A DNA stretch of 64,000 nt from Azolla caroliniana (taxonomy: Eukaryota > Plantae > Polypodiophyta). Of this stretch, positions 1 to 14,590 are shown one piece after another. The translations under genes and the position numbers were made by a program. The stretch lies in contig JBHGNT010000100.1 of the NCBI GenBank assembly GCA_043228905.1, positions 26,645 through 90,644 on the forward strand, written 5' to 3'. The notes under the pieces were generated by a model, which had not been told where the DNA came from, ran no database searches, and saw nothing but the letters and a program-made list of their open reading frames with translations. Position 1 is the first letter of the stretch. Each line of letters starts with the position of its first letter.

Positions 1-3000
1 TAGCGTTGCTACCTTCGATTCGCATATTTGAACACAGAAATCCGATATCACACGAAGCAGGTATGAACATTTTAATTTACTCAAGGGCTCCTCTCAACTC
101 CATCCTCAAGTTTGCTAATATTATTCATGTGTCTCGACCTGAGTTTCAAAATCTTGATTTTTGAATTCTATATCATAGCTAGCGTTGCTAGCTTCGATTC
201 GAATATTTGAACACAGAAATCCGATATCACACGAGCCAGGTATGAACATTTTAATTTACTCAAGGGCTCTTCTCAACTCCCTCCTCAAATTTGCTAATTT
301 CTTCATATCTCCTGACCTGAGTTTCAAAATCTTGATTTTCTAATTCTATATCATACCTAGCGTTGCTACCTTCGATTCGCATATTTGAACACAGAAATCT
401 GATATCACACGAGCCAGGTATGAACATTTTAATTTACTCAAGGGCTCTTCTTAACTCCCTCCTCAAGTTTGCTAATTTCGTCATGTCTCTCGACCTGAGT
501 TTCAAAATCTTGATTTTTGAATTCTATATCATAGCTAGCGTTGCTAGCTTCGATTCGCATATTTGAACACAGAAATCCGATATCACACGAGCCAGGTATG
601 AACATTTTAATTTACTCAAGGGCTCTTCTCAACTCCCTCCCCAAGTTTGCTAATTTCTTCATATCTCCTGACCTGAGTTTCAAAATCTTGATTTTTGAAT
701 TCTATAGCATAGCTCGCGTTGCTAGCTTCCATTCGAATATTTTAACACAGAAATCCAATATCACACGAGCCAGGTATGAACCTTTTAATTTACTCAAGGG
801 CTCTTCTCAACTCCATCCTCAAGTTTGCTAATATTATTCATGTGTCTCGACCTGAGTTTCAAAATCTTGATTTTTGAATTCTATATCATAGCTAGCGTTG
901 CTAGCTTCGATTCGCATATTTGAACACAGAAATCCGATATCACACGAGCCAGGTATGAACATTTTAATTTACTCAAGGGCTCTTCTCAACTCCCTCCTCA
1001 AGTTTGCTAATTTCTTCATATCTCCTGACCTGAGTTTCAAAATATTGATTTTCGAATTCTATATCATAGCTTGCGTTGCTACCTTCGATTCGCATATTTG
1101 AACACAGAAATCCGATATCACACGAGCCAGGTATGAACATTTTAATTTACTCAAGGGCTCTTCTCAACTCCATCTTCATCTTTGCTAATTTCGTCATGTC
1201 TCTCGACCTGAGTTTCAAAATCTTGATTTTTGAATTCTATATCATACCTAGCGTTGCTAGCTTCGATTCGCATATTTGAACACAGAAATCCGATATCACA
1301 CGAGCCAGGTATGAACATTTTAATTTACTCAAGGGCTCTTCTCAACTCCCTCCTTAAGTTTGCTAATTTCTTCATATCTCCTGACCTGAGTTTCAAAATC
1401 TTGATTTTTGAATTCTATATCATAGCTAGCGTTGCTAGCTTCGATTTGTATATTTGAACACAGAAATCCGATATCACACGAGCTAGGTATGAACATTTTA
1501 ATTTACTCAAGGGCTCTTCTCAATTCCCTCCTCATCTTTGCTAATTTCGTCATGTCTCTCGACCTGAGTTTCAAAATCTTGATTTTTGAATTCTATATCA
1601 TAGCTCGCGTTGCTAGATTCGATTCGAATATTTGAACATAAAAATCCGATATCACACGTGCCAGGTATGAACATTTTAATTTACTTAAGGGCTCTTCTCA
1701 ACTCCCTCCCCAAGTTTGCTAATTTCTTCATATCTCCTGACCTGAGTTTCAAAATCTTGATTTTTGAATTCTATAGCATAGCTCGCGTTGCTAGCTTCCA
1801 TTCGAATATTTTAACACAGAAATCCAATATCACACGAGCCAGGTATGAACCTTTTAATTTACTCAAGGGCTCTTCTCAACTCCCTCCATAAGTTTGCTAA
1901 TTTCTTCATATCTCCTGACCTGAGTTTCAAAATCTTGATTTTTGAATTCTATATCATAGCTCGCGTTGCTAGCTTCGATTCGAATATTTCAACTTCAAAA
2001 TCCAATATCACACGAGCCAGGTATGAACATTTTAATTTACTCAAGGGCTCCTCTCAACTCCATCCTCAAGTTTGCTAATATTATTCATGTGTCTCGACCT
2101 GAGTTTCAAAATCTTGATTTTTGATTTCTATATCATAGCTAGCGTCGCTAGCTTCGATTCGAATATTTGAACACAGAAATCCGATATCACACGAGCCAGG
2201 TATGAACATTTTAATTTACTCAAGGGCTCTTCTCAACTCCCTCCTCAAATTTGCTAATTTCTTCATATCTCCTGACCTGAGTTTCAAAATCTTGATTTTC
2301 TAATTCTATATCATACCTAGCGTTGCTACCTTCGATTCGCATATTTGAACACAGAAATCTGATATCACACGAGCCAGGTATGAACATTTTAATTTACTCA
2401 AGGGCTCTTCTTAACTCCCTCCTCAAGTTTGCTAATTTCGTCATGTCTCTCGACCTGAGTTTCAAAATCTTGATTTTTGAATTCTATATCATAGCTAGCG
2501 TTGCTAGCTTCGATTCGCATATTTGAACACAGAAATCCGATATCACACGAGGCAGGTATGAACATTTTAATTTACTCAAGGGCTCTTCTCAACTCCCTCC
2601 ATAAGTTTGCTAATTTCTTCATATCTCCTGACCTGAGTTTCAAAATCTTGATTTTTGAATTCTATATCATAGCTCGCGTTGCTAGCTTCGATTCGAATAT
2701 TTCAACTTCAAAATCCAATATCACACGAGCCAGGTATGAACATTTTAATTTACTCAAGGGCTCCTCTCAACTCCATCCTCAAGTTTGCTAATATTATTCA
2801 TGTGTCTCGACCTGAGTTTCAAAATCTTGATTTTCTAATTCTATATCATAGCTAGCGTTGCTAGCTTCGATTCGCATATTTGAACACAGAAATCTGATAT
2901 CACACGAGCCAGGTATGAACATTTTAATTTACTCAAGGGCTCTTCTCAACTCCCTCCTCAAGTATTCTAATTTCTTCATATCTCCTGACCTGAGTTTCAA

Positions 3001-6000
3001 AATCTTGATTTTTGAATTCTATATCATAGCTCGAGTTGCTAGCTTCGATTCGCATATTTGAACTTCAAAATCGGATATCAGACGAGCCAAGTATGAACAT
3101 TTTAATTTACTCAAGCGCTCTTCTCAACTCCATCCTCATCTTTGCTAATTTCCTCATGTCTCTCGACCTGAGTTTCAAAATCTTGATTTTTTAATTCTAT
3201 ATCATAGCTAGCGTTGCTAGCTTCGATTCGCATATTTGAACACAGAAATCCGATATCACACGAGCCAGGTATGAACATTTTAATTTACTCAAGGGCTCTT
3301 CTCAACTCCCTCCTCAAGATTGCTAATTTCTTCATATCTCCTGACCTGAGTTTCAAAATCTTGATTTTCTAATTCTATATCATACCTAGCGTTGCTACCT
3401 TCGATTCGCATATTTGAACACAGAAATCCGATATCACACGAAGCAGGTATGAACATTTTAATTTACTCAAGGGCTCCTCTCAACTCCATCCTCAAGTTTG
3501 CTAATATTATTCATGTGTCTCGACCTGAGTTTCAAAATCTTGATTTTTGAATTCTATATCATAGCTAGCGTTGCTAGCTTCGATTCGAATATTTGAACAC
3601 AGAAATCCGATATCACACGAGCCAGGTATGAACATTTTAATTTACTCAAGGGCTCTTCTCAACTCCCTCCTCAAATTTGCTAATTTCTTCATATCTCCTG
3701 ACCTGAGTTTCAAAATCTTGATTTTCTAATTCTATATCATACCTAGCGTTGCTACCTTCGATTCGCATATTTGAACACAGAAATCTGATATCACACGAGC
3801 CAGGTATGAACATTTTAATTTACTCAAGGGCTCTTCTTAACTCCCTCCTCAAGTTTGCTAATTTCGTCATGTCTCTCGACCTGAGTTTCAAAATCTTGAT
3901 TTTTGAATTCTATATCATAGCTAGCGTTGCTAGCTTCGATTCGCATATTTGAACACAGAAATCCGATATCACACGAGCCAGGTATGAACATTTTAATTTA
4001 CTCAAGGGCTCTTCTCAACTCCCTCCCCAAGTTTGCTAATTTCTTCATATCTCCTGACCTGAGTTTCAAAATCTTGATTTTTGAATTCTATAGCATAGCT
4101 CGCGTTGCTAGCTTCCATTCGAATATTTTAACACAGAAATCCAATATCACACGAGCCAGGTATGAACCTTTTAATTTACTCAAGGGCTCTTCTCAACTCC
4201 ATCCTCAAGTTTGCTAATATTATTCATGTGTCTCGACCTGAGTTTCAAAATCTTGATTTTTGAATTCTATATCATAGCTAGCGTTGCTAGCTTCGATTCG
4301 CATATTTGAACACAGAAATCCGATATCACACGAGCCAGGTATGAACATTTTAATTTACTCAAGGGCTCTTCTCAACTCCCTCCTCAAGTTTGCTAATTTC
4401 TTCATATCTCCTGACCTGAGTTTCAAAATATTGATTTTCGAATTCTATATCATAGCTTGCGTTGCTACCTTCGATTCGCATATTTGAACACAGAAATCCG
4501 ATATCACACGAGCCAGGTATGAACATTTTAATTTACTCAAGGGCTCTTCTCAACTCCATCTTCATCTTTGCTAATTTCGTCATGTCTCTCGACCTGAGTT
4601 TCAAAATCTTGATTTTTGAATTCTATATCATACCTAGCGTTGCTAGCTTCGATTCGCATATTTGAACACAGAAATCCGATATCACACGAGCCAGGTATGA
4701 ACATTTTAATTTACTCAAGGGCTCTTCTCAACTCCCTCCTTAAGTTTGCTAATTTCTTCATATCTCCTGACCTGAGTTTCAAAATCTTGATTTTTGAATT
4801 CTATATCATAGCTAGCGTTGCTAGCTTCGATTTGTATATTTGAACACAGAAATCCGATATCACACGAGCTAGGTATGAACATTTTAATTTACTCAAGGGC
4901 TCTTCTCAATTCCCTCCTCATCTTTGCTAATTTCGTCATGTCTCTCGACCTGAGTTTCAAAATCTTGATTTTTGAATTCTATATCATAGCTCGCGTTGCT
5001 AGATTCGATTCGAATATTTGAACATAAAAATCCGATATCACACGTGCCAGGTATGAACATTTTAATTTACTTAAGGGCTCTTCTCAACTCCCTCCCCAAG
5101 TTTGCTAATTTCTTCATATCTCCTGACCTGAGTTTCAAAATCTTGATTTTTGAATTCTATAGCATAGCTCGCGTTGCTAGCTTCCATTCGAATATTTTAA
5201 CACAGAAATCCAATATCACACGAGCCAGGTATGAACCTTTTAATTTACTCAAGGGCTCTTCTCAACTCCCTCCATAAGTTTGCTAATTTCTTCATATCTC
5301 CTGACCTGAGTTTCAAAATCTTGATTTTTGAATTCTATATCATAGCTCGCGTTGCTAGCTTCGATTCGAATATTTCAACTTCAAAATCCAATATCACACG
5401 AGCCAGGTATGAACATTTTAATTTACTCAAGGGCTCCTCTCAACTCCATCCTCAAGTTTGCTAATATTATTCATGTGTCTCGACCTGAGTTTCAAAATCT
5501 TGATTTTTGATTTCTATATCATAGCTAGCGTCGCTAGCTTCGATTCGAATATTTGAACACAGAAATCCGATATCACACGAGCCAGGTATGAACATTTTAA
5601 TTTACTCAAGGGCTCTTCTCAACTCCCTCCTCAAATTTGCTAATTTCTTCATATCTCCTGACCTGAGTTTCAAAATCTTGATTTTCTAATTCTATATCAT
5701 ACCTAGCGTTGCTACCTTCGATTCGCATATTTGAACACAGAAATCTGATATCACACGAGCCAGGTATGAACATTTTAATTTACTCAAGGGCTCTTCTTAA
5801 CTCCCTCCTCAAGTTTGCTAATTTCGTCATGTCTCTCGACCTGAGTTTCAAAATCTTGATTTTTGAATTCTATATCATAGCTAGCGTTGCTAGCTTCGAT
5901 TCGCATATTTGAACACAGAAATCCGATATCACACGAGGCAGGTATGAACATTTTAATTTACTCAAGGGCTCTTCTCAACTCCCTCCATAAGTTTGCTAAT

Positions 6001-7690
6001 TTCTTCATATCTCCTGACCTGAGTTTCAAAATCTTGATTTTTGAATTCTATATCATAGCTCGCGTTGCTAGCTTCGATTCGAATATTTCAACTTCAAAAT
6101 CCAATATCACACGAGCCAGGTATGAACATTTTAATTTACTCAAGGGCTCCTCTCAACTCCATCCTCAAGTTTGCTAATATTATTCATGTGTCTCGACCTG
6201 AGTTTCAAAATCTTGATTTTCTAATTCTATATCATAGCTAGCGTTGCTAGCTTCGATTCGCATATTTGAACACAGAAATCTGATATCACACGAGCCAGGT
6301 ATGAACATTTTAATTTACTCAAGGGCTCTTCTCAACTCCCTCCTCAAGTATTCTAATTTCTTCATATCTCCTGACCTGAGTTTCAAAATCTTGATTTTTG
6401 AATTCTATATCATAGCTCGAGTTGCTAGCTTCGATTCGCATATTTGAACTTCAAAATCGGATATCAGACGAGCCAAGTATGAACATTTTAATTTACTCAA
6501 GCGCTCTTCTCAACTCCATCCTCATCTTTGCTAATTTCCTCATGTCTCTCGACCTGAGTTTCAAAATCTTGATTTTTTAATTCTATATCATAGCTAGCGT
6601 TGCTAGCTTCGATTCGCATATTTGAACACAGAAATCCGATATCACACGAGCCAGGTATGAACATTTTAATTTACTCAAGGGCTCTTCTCAACTCCCTCCT
6701 CAAGATTGCTAATTTCTTCATATCTCCTGACCTGAGTTTCAAAATCTTGATTTTCTAATTCTATATCATACCTAGCGTTGCTACCTTCGATTCGCATATT
6801 TGAACACAGAAATCCGATATCACACGAAGCAGGTATGAACATTTTAATTTACTCAAGGGCTCCTCTCAACTCCATCCTCAAGTTTGCTAATATTATTCAT
6901 GTGTCTCGACCTGAGTTTCAAAATCTTGATTTTTGAATTCTATATCATAGCTAGCGTTGCTAGCTTCGATTCGAATATTTGAACACAGAAATCCGATATC
7001 ACACGAGCCAGGTATGAACATTTTAATTTACTCAAGGGCTCTTCTCAACTCCCTCCTCAAATTTGCTAATTTCTTCATATCTCCTGACCTGAGTTTCAAA
7101 ATCTTGATTTTCTAATTCTATATCATACCTAGCGTTGCTACCTTCGATTCGCATATTTGAACACAGAAATCTGATATCACACGAGCCAGGTATGAACATT
7201 TTAATTTACTCAAGGGCTCTTCTTAACTCCCTCCTCAAGTTTGCTAATTTCGTCATGTCTCTCGACCTGAGTTTCAAAATCTTGATTTTTGAATTCTATA
7301 TCATAGCTAGCGTTGCTAGCTTCGATTCGCATATTTGAACACAGAAATCCGATATCACACGAGCCAGGTATGAACATTTTAATTTACTCAAGGGCTCTTC
7401 TCAACTCCCTCCCCAAGTTTGCTAATTTCTTCATATCTCCTGACCTGAGTTTCAAAATCTTGATTTTTGAATTCTATAGCATAGCTCGCGTTGCTAGCTT
7501 CCATTCGAATATTTTAACACAGAAATCCAATATCACACGAGCCAGGTATGAACCTTTTAATTTACTCAAGGGCTCTTCTCAACTCCATCCTCAAGTTTGC
7601 TAATATTATTCATGTGTCTCGACCTGAGTTTCAAAATCTTGATTTTTGAATTCTATATCATAGCTAGCGTTGCTAGCTTCGATTCGAATA
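1..7690 (+). repeat. Higher-order repeat, period 3386 bp (19 monomers), about 2.3 copies
   Basis: Identical ORF series recur at +3386 (363/3749/7135, 541/3927/7313). 19x178+4=3386. Sequence at 1 matches sequence at 3387. The right end is approximate. Confidence 0.9.
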
Positions 7691-8869
7691 TTTGAACACA
7701 GAAATCCGATATCACACGAGCCAGGTATGAACATTTTAATATACTCAAGGGCTCTTCTCAACTCCCTCCTCAAGTTTGCTAATTTCTTCATATCTCCTGA
7801 CCTGAGTTTCAAAATCTTGAATGTTGAATTCTATATCATACCTAGCGTTGCTACCTTCGATTCGCATATTTGAACACAGAAATCTGATATCACACGAGCC
7901 AGGTATGAACATTTTAATTTACTCAAGGGCTCTTCTCAACTCCCTCCTCAAGTATTCTAATTTCTTCATATCTCCTGACCTGAGTTTCAAAATCTTGATT
8001 TTTGAATTCTATATCATAGCTCGAGTTGCTAGCTTCGATTCGCATATTTGAACTTCAAAATCGGATATCAGACGAGCCAAGTATGAACATTTTAATTTAC
8101 TCAAGCGCTCTTCTCAACTCCATCCTCATCTTTGCTAATTTCCTCATGTCTCTCGACCTGAGTTTCAAAATCTTGATTTTTTAATTCTATATCATAGCTA
8201 GCGTTGCTAGCTTCGATTCGCATATTTGAACACAGAAATCCGATATCACACGAGCCAGGTATGAACATTTTAATTTACTCAAGGGCTCTTCTCAACTCCC
8301 TCCTCAAGATTGCTAATTACTTCATATCTCCTGACCTGAGTTTCAAAATCTTGATTTTCTAATTCTATATCATACCTAGCGTTGCTACCTTCGATTCGCA
8401 TATTTGAACACAGAAATCCGATATCACACGAAGCAGGTATGAACATTTTAATTTACTCAAGGGCTCCTCTCAACTCCATCCTCAAGTTTGCTAATATTAT
8501 TCATGTGTCTCGACCTGAGTTTCAAAATCTTGATTTTTGAATTCTATATCATAGCTAGCGTTGCTAGCTTCGATTCGAATATTTGAACACAGAAATCCGA
8601 TATCACACGAGCCAGGTATGAACATTTTAATTTACTCAAGGGCTCTTCTCAACTCCCTCCTCAAGTTTGCTAATTTCTTCATATCTCCTGACCTGAGTTT
8701 CAAAATATTGATTTTCTAATTCTATATCATACCTAGCGTTGCTAGCTTCGATTCGCATATTTGAACACAGAAATCCGATATCACACGAGCCAGGTATGAA
8801 CATTTTAATTTACTCAAGGGCTCTTCTCAACTCCCTCCTCAAGATTGCTAATTTCGTCATGTCTCTCGA

Positions 8870-11010
8870 CCTGAGTTTCAAAATCTGGATTTTTGAATCC
8901 GATATCATAGCTAGCGTTGCTAGCTTCGATTCGAATATTTTAACACAGAAATCCAATATCACACGAGCCAGGTATGAACCTTTTAATTTACTCAAGGGCT
9001 CTTCTCAACTCCCTCCTCAAGTTTGCTAATTTCTTCATATCTCCTGACCTGAGTTTCAAAATCTTGATTTTTGAATTCTATATCATAGCTCGAGTTGCTA
9101 GCTTCGATTCGAATATTTGAACTTCAAAATCCGATATCACACGAGCCAGGTATGAACATTTTAATTTACTCAAGGGCTCCTCTCAACTCCATCCTCAAGT
9201 TTGCTAATATTATTCATGTGTCTCGACCTGAGTTTCAAAATCTTGATTTTCTAATTCTATATCATAGCTAGCGTTGCTAGCTTCGATTCGCATATTTGAA
9301 CACAGAAATCCGATATCACACGAGCCAGGTATGAACATTTTAATTTACTCAAGGGCTCTTCTCAACTCCCTCCTCAAGATTGCTACTTTCTTCATATCTC
9401 CTGACCTGAGTTTCAAAATCTTGATTTTCTAATTCTATATCATACCTAGCGTTGCTACCTTCGATTCGCATATTTGAACACAGAAATCTGATATCACACG
9501 AGCCAGGTATGAACATTTTAATTTACTCAAGGGCTCTTCTCAACTCCCTCCTCAAGTTTGCTAATTTCGTCATGTCTCTCGACCTGAGTTTCAAAATCTT
9601 GATTTTTGAATTCTATATGATACCTAGCGTTGCTAGCTTCGATTCGCATATTTGAACACAGAAATCCGATATCACACGAGCCAGGTATGAACATTTTAAT
9701 TTACTCAAGGGCTCTTCTCAACTCCCTCCTCAAGTTTGCTAATTTCTTCATATCTCCTGACCTGAGTTTCAAAATCTTGATTTTTGAATTCTATATCATA
9801 GCTAGCGTTGCTAGCTTCGATTTGTATATTTGAACACAGAAATCCGATATCACACGAGCTAGGTATGAACATTTTAATTTACTCAAGGGCTCTTCTCAAT
9901 TCCCTCCTCATCTTTGCTAATTTCGTCATGTCTCTCGACCTGAGTTTCAAAATCTTGATTTTTGAATTCTATATCATAGCTCGCGTTGCTAGATTCGATT
10001 CGAATATTTGAACATAAAAATCCGATATCACACGTGCCAGGTATGAACATTTTAATTTACTTAAGGGCTCTTCTCAACTCCCTCCCCAAGTTTGCTAATT
10101 TCTTCATATCTCCTGACCTGAGTTTCAAAATCTGGATTTTTGAATCCGATATCATAGCTAGCGTTGCTAGCTTCGATTCGAATATTTTAACACAGAAATC
10201 CAATATCACACGAGCCAGGTATGAACCTTTTAATTTACTCAAGGGCTCTTCTCAACTCCCTCCTCAAGTTTGCTAATTTCTTCATATCTCCTGACCTGAG
10301 TTTCAAAATCTTGATTTTTGAATTCTATATCATAGCTCGAGTTGCTAGCTTCGATTCGAATATTTGAACTTCAAAATCCGATATCACACGAGCCAGGTAT
10401 GAACATTTTAATTTACTCAAGGGCTCCTCTCAACTCCATCCTCAAGTTTGCTAATATTATTCATGTGTCTCGACCTGAGTTTCAAAATCTTGATTTTCTA
10501 ATTCTATATCATAGCTAGCGTTGCTAGCTTCGATTCGCATATTTGAACACAGAAATCCGATATCACACGAGCCAGGTATGAACATTTTAATTTACTCAAG
10601 GGCTCTTCTCAACTCCCTCCTCAAGATTGCTACTTTCTTCATATCTCCTGACCTGAGTTTCAAAATCTTGATTTTCTAATTCTATATCATACCTAGCGTT
10701 GCTACCTTCGATTCGCATATTTGAACACAGAAATCTGATATCACACGAGCCAGGTATGAACATTTTAATTTACTCAAGGGCTCTTCTCAACTCCCTCCTC
10801 AAGTTTGCTAATTTCGTCATGTCTCTCGACCTGAGTTTCAAAATCTTGATTTTTGAATTCTATATGATACCTAGCGTTGCTAGCTTCGATTCGCATATTT
10901 GAACACAGAAATCCGATATCACACGAGCCAGGTATGAACATTTTAATTTACTCAAGGGCTCTTCTCAACTCCCTCCTCAAGTTTGCTAATTTCTTCATAT
11001 CTCCTGACCT
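8870..11010 (+). repeat. Local tandem duplication, period 1247 bp (7 monomers)
   Basis: ORFs 8810/10057 and 9452/10699 are offset by 1247. The rare variant AATCTGGATTTTTGAATCCGAT is present in both copies. Ends approximate. Confidence 0.8.
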
Positions 11011-12449
11011 GAGTTTCAAAATATTGATTTTCGAATTCTATATCATAGCTTGCGTTGCTACCTTCGAATCGCATATTTGAACACAGAAATCCGATATCAC
11101 ACGAGCCAGGTATGAACATTTTAATTTACTCAAGGGCTCTTCTCAACTCCATCTTCATCTTTGCTAATTTCGTCATGTCTCTCGACCTGAGTTTCAAAAT
11201 CTTGATTTTTGAATTCTATATCATACCTAGCGTTGCTAGCTTCGATTCGCATATTTGAACACAGAAATCCGATATCACACGAGCCAGGTATGAACATTTT
11301 AATTTACTCAAGGGCTCTTCTCAACTCCCTCCTTAAGTTTGCTAATTTCTTCATATCTCCTGACCTGAGTTTCAAAATCTTGATTTTTGAATTCTATATC
11401 ATAGCTAGCGTTGCTAGCTTCGATTTGTATATTTGAACACAGAAATCCGATATCACACGAGCTAGGTATGAACATTTTAATTTACTCAAGGGCTCTTCTC
11501 AATTCCCTCCTCATCTTTGCTAATTTCGTCATGTCTCTCGACCTGAGTTTCAAAATCTTGATTTTTGAATTCTATATCATAGCTCGCGTTGCTAGATTCG
11601 ATTCGAATATTTGAACATAAAAATCCGATATCACACGTGCCAGGTATGAACATTTTAATTTACTTAAGGGCTCTTCTCAACTCCCTCCCCAAGTTTGCTA
11701 ATTTCTTCATATCTCCTGACCTGAGTTTCAAAATCTTGATTTTTGAATTCTATAGCATAGCTCGCGTTGCTAGCTTCCATTCGAATATTTTAACACAGAA
11801 ATCCAATATCACACGAGCCAGGTATGAACCTTTTAATTTACTCAAGGGCTCTTCTCAACTCCCTCCATAAGTTTGCTAATTTCTTCATATCTCCTGACCT
11901 GAGTTTCAAAATCTTGATTTTTGAATTCTATATCATAGCTCGCGTTGCTAGCTTCGATTCGAATATTTCAACTTCAAAATCCAATATCACACGAGCCAGG
12001 TATGAACATTTTAATTTACTCAAGGGCTCCTCTCAACTCCATCCTCAAGTTTGCTAATATTATTCATGTGTCTCGACCTGAGTTTCAAAATCTTGATTTT
12101 TGATTTCTATATCATAGCTAGCGTCGCTAGCTTCGATTCGAATATTTGAACACAGAAATCCGATATCACACGAGCCAGGTATGAACATTTTAATTTACTC
12201 AAGGGCTCTTCTCAACTCCCTCCTCAAATTTGCTAATTTCTTCATATCTCCTGACCTGAGTTTCAAAATCTTGATTTTCTAATTCTATATCATACCTAGC
12301 GTTGCTACCTTCGATTCGCATATTTGAACACAGAAATCTGATATCACACGAGCCAGGTATGAACATTTTAATTTACTCAAGGGCTCTTCTTAACTCCCTC
12401 CTCAAGTTTGCTAATTTCGTCATGTCTCTCGACCTGAGTTTCAAAATCT

Positions 12450-14590
12450 TGATTTTTGAATTCTATATCATAGCTAGCGTTGCTAGCTTCGATTCGCATA
12501 TTTGAACACAGAAATCCGATATCACACGAGGCAGGTATGAACATTTTAATTTACTCAAGGGCTCTTCTCAACTCCCTCCATAAGTTTGCTAATTTCTTCA
12601 TATCTCCTGACCTGAGTTTCAAAATCTTGATTTTTGAATTCTATATCATAGCTCGCGTTGCTAGCTTCGATTCGAATATTTCAACTTCAAAATCCAATAT
12701 CACACGAGCCAGGTATGAACATTTTAATTTACTCAAGGGCTCCTCTCAACTCCATCCTCAAGTTTGCTAATATTATTCATGTGTCTCGACCTGAGTTTCA
12801 AAATCTTGATTTTTGATTTCTATATCATAGCTAGCGTTGCTAGCTTCGATTCGAATATTTGAACACAGAAATCCGATATCACACGAGCCAGGTATGAACA
12901 TTTTAATTTACTCAAGGGCTCTTCTCAACTCCCTCCTCAAATTTGCTAATTTCTTCATATCTCCTGACCTGAGTTTCAAAATCTTGATTTTTGAATTCTA
13001 TATCATAGCTAGCGTTGCTAGCTTCGATTTGTATATTTGAACACAGAAATCCGATATCACACGAGCTAGGTATGAACATTTTAATTTACTCAAGGGCTCT
13101 TCTCAATTCCCTCCTCATCTTTGCTAATTTCGTCATGTCTCTCGACCTGAGTTTCAAAATCTTGATTTTTGAATTCTATATCATAGCTCGCGTTGCTAGA
13201 TTCGATTCGAATATTTGAACATAAAAATCCGATATCACACGTGCCAGGTATGAACATTTTAATTTACTTAAGGGCTCTTCTCAACTCCCTCCCCAAGTTT
13301 GCTAATTTCTTCATATCTCCTGACCTGAGTTTCAAAATCTTGATTTTTGAATTCTATAGCATAGCTCGCGTTGCTAGCTTCCATTCGAATATTTTAACAC
13401 AGAAATCCAATATCACACGAGCCAGGTATGAACCTTTTAATTTACTCAAGGGCTCTTCTCAACTCCATCCTCAAGTTTGCTAATATTATTCATGTGTCTC
13501 GACCTGAGTTTCAAAATCTTGATTTTTGAATTCTATATCATAGCTAGCGTTGCTAGCTTCGATTCGCATATTTGAACACAGAAATCCGATATCACACGAG
13601 GCAGGTATGAACATTTTAATTTACTCAAGGGCTCTTCTCAACTCCCTCCATAAGTTTGCTAATTTCTTCATATCTCCTGACCTGAGTTTCAAAATCTTGA
13701 TTTTTGAATTCTATATCATAGCTCGCGTTGCTAGCTTCGATTCGAATATTTCAACTTCAAAATCCAATATCACACGAGCCAGGTATGAACATTTTAATTT
13801 ACTCAAGGGCTCCTCTCAACTCCATCCTCAAGTTTGCTAATATTATTCATGTGTCTCGACCTGAGTTTCAAAATCTTGATTTTTGATTTCTATATCATAG
13901 CTAGCGTTGCTAGCTTCGATTCGAATATTTGAACACAGAAATCCGATATCACACGAGCCAGGTATGAACATTTTAATTTACTCAAGGGCTCTTCTCAACT
14001 CCCTCCTCAAATTTGCTAATTTCTTCATATCTCCTGACCTGAGTTTCAAAATCTTGATTTTTGAATTCTATATCATAGCTAGCGTTGCTAGCTTCGATTT
14101 GTATATTTGAACACAGAAATCCGATATCACACGAGCTAGGTATGAACATTTTAATTTACTCAAGGGCTCTTCTCAATTCCCTCCTCATCTTTGCTAATTT
14201 CGTCATGTCTCTCGACCTGAGTTTCAAAATCTTGATTTTTGAATTCTATATCATAGCTCGCGTTGCTAGATTCGATTCGAATATTTGAACATAAAAATCC
14301 GATATCACACGTGCCAGGTATGAACATTTTAATTTACTTAAGGGCTCTTCTCAACTCCCTCCCCAAGTTTGCTAATTTCTTCATATCTCCTGACCTGAGT
14401 TTCAAAATCTTGATTTTTGAATTCTATAGCATAGCTCGCGTTGCTAGCTTCCATTCGAATATTTTAACACAGAAATCCAATATCACACGAGCCAGGTATG
14501 AACCTTTTAATTTACTCAAGGGCTCTTCTCAACTCCATCCTCAAGTTTGCTAATATTATTCATGTGTCTCGACCTGAGTTTCAAAATCTT
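12450..14590 (+). repeat. Local tandem duplication, period 1070 bp (6 monomers)
   Basis: ORFs 12480/13550, 12837/13907, 13015/14085 and 13193/14263 are all offset by 1070. Ends approximate. Confidence 0.85.
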
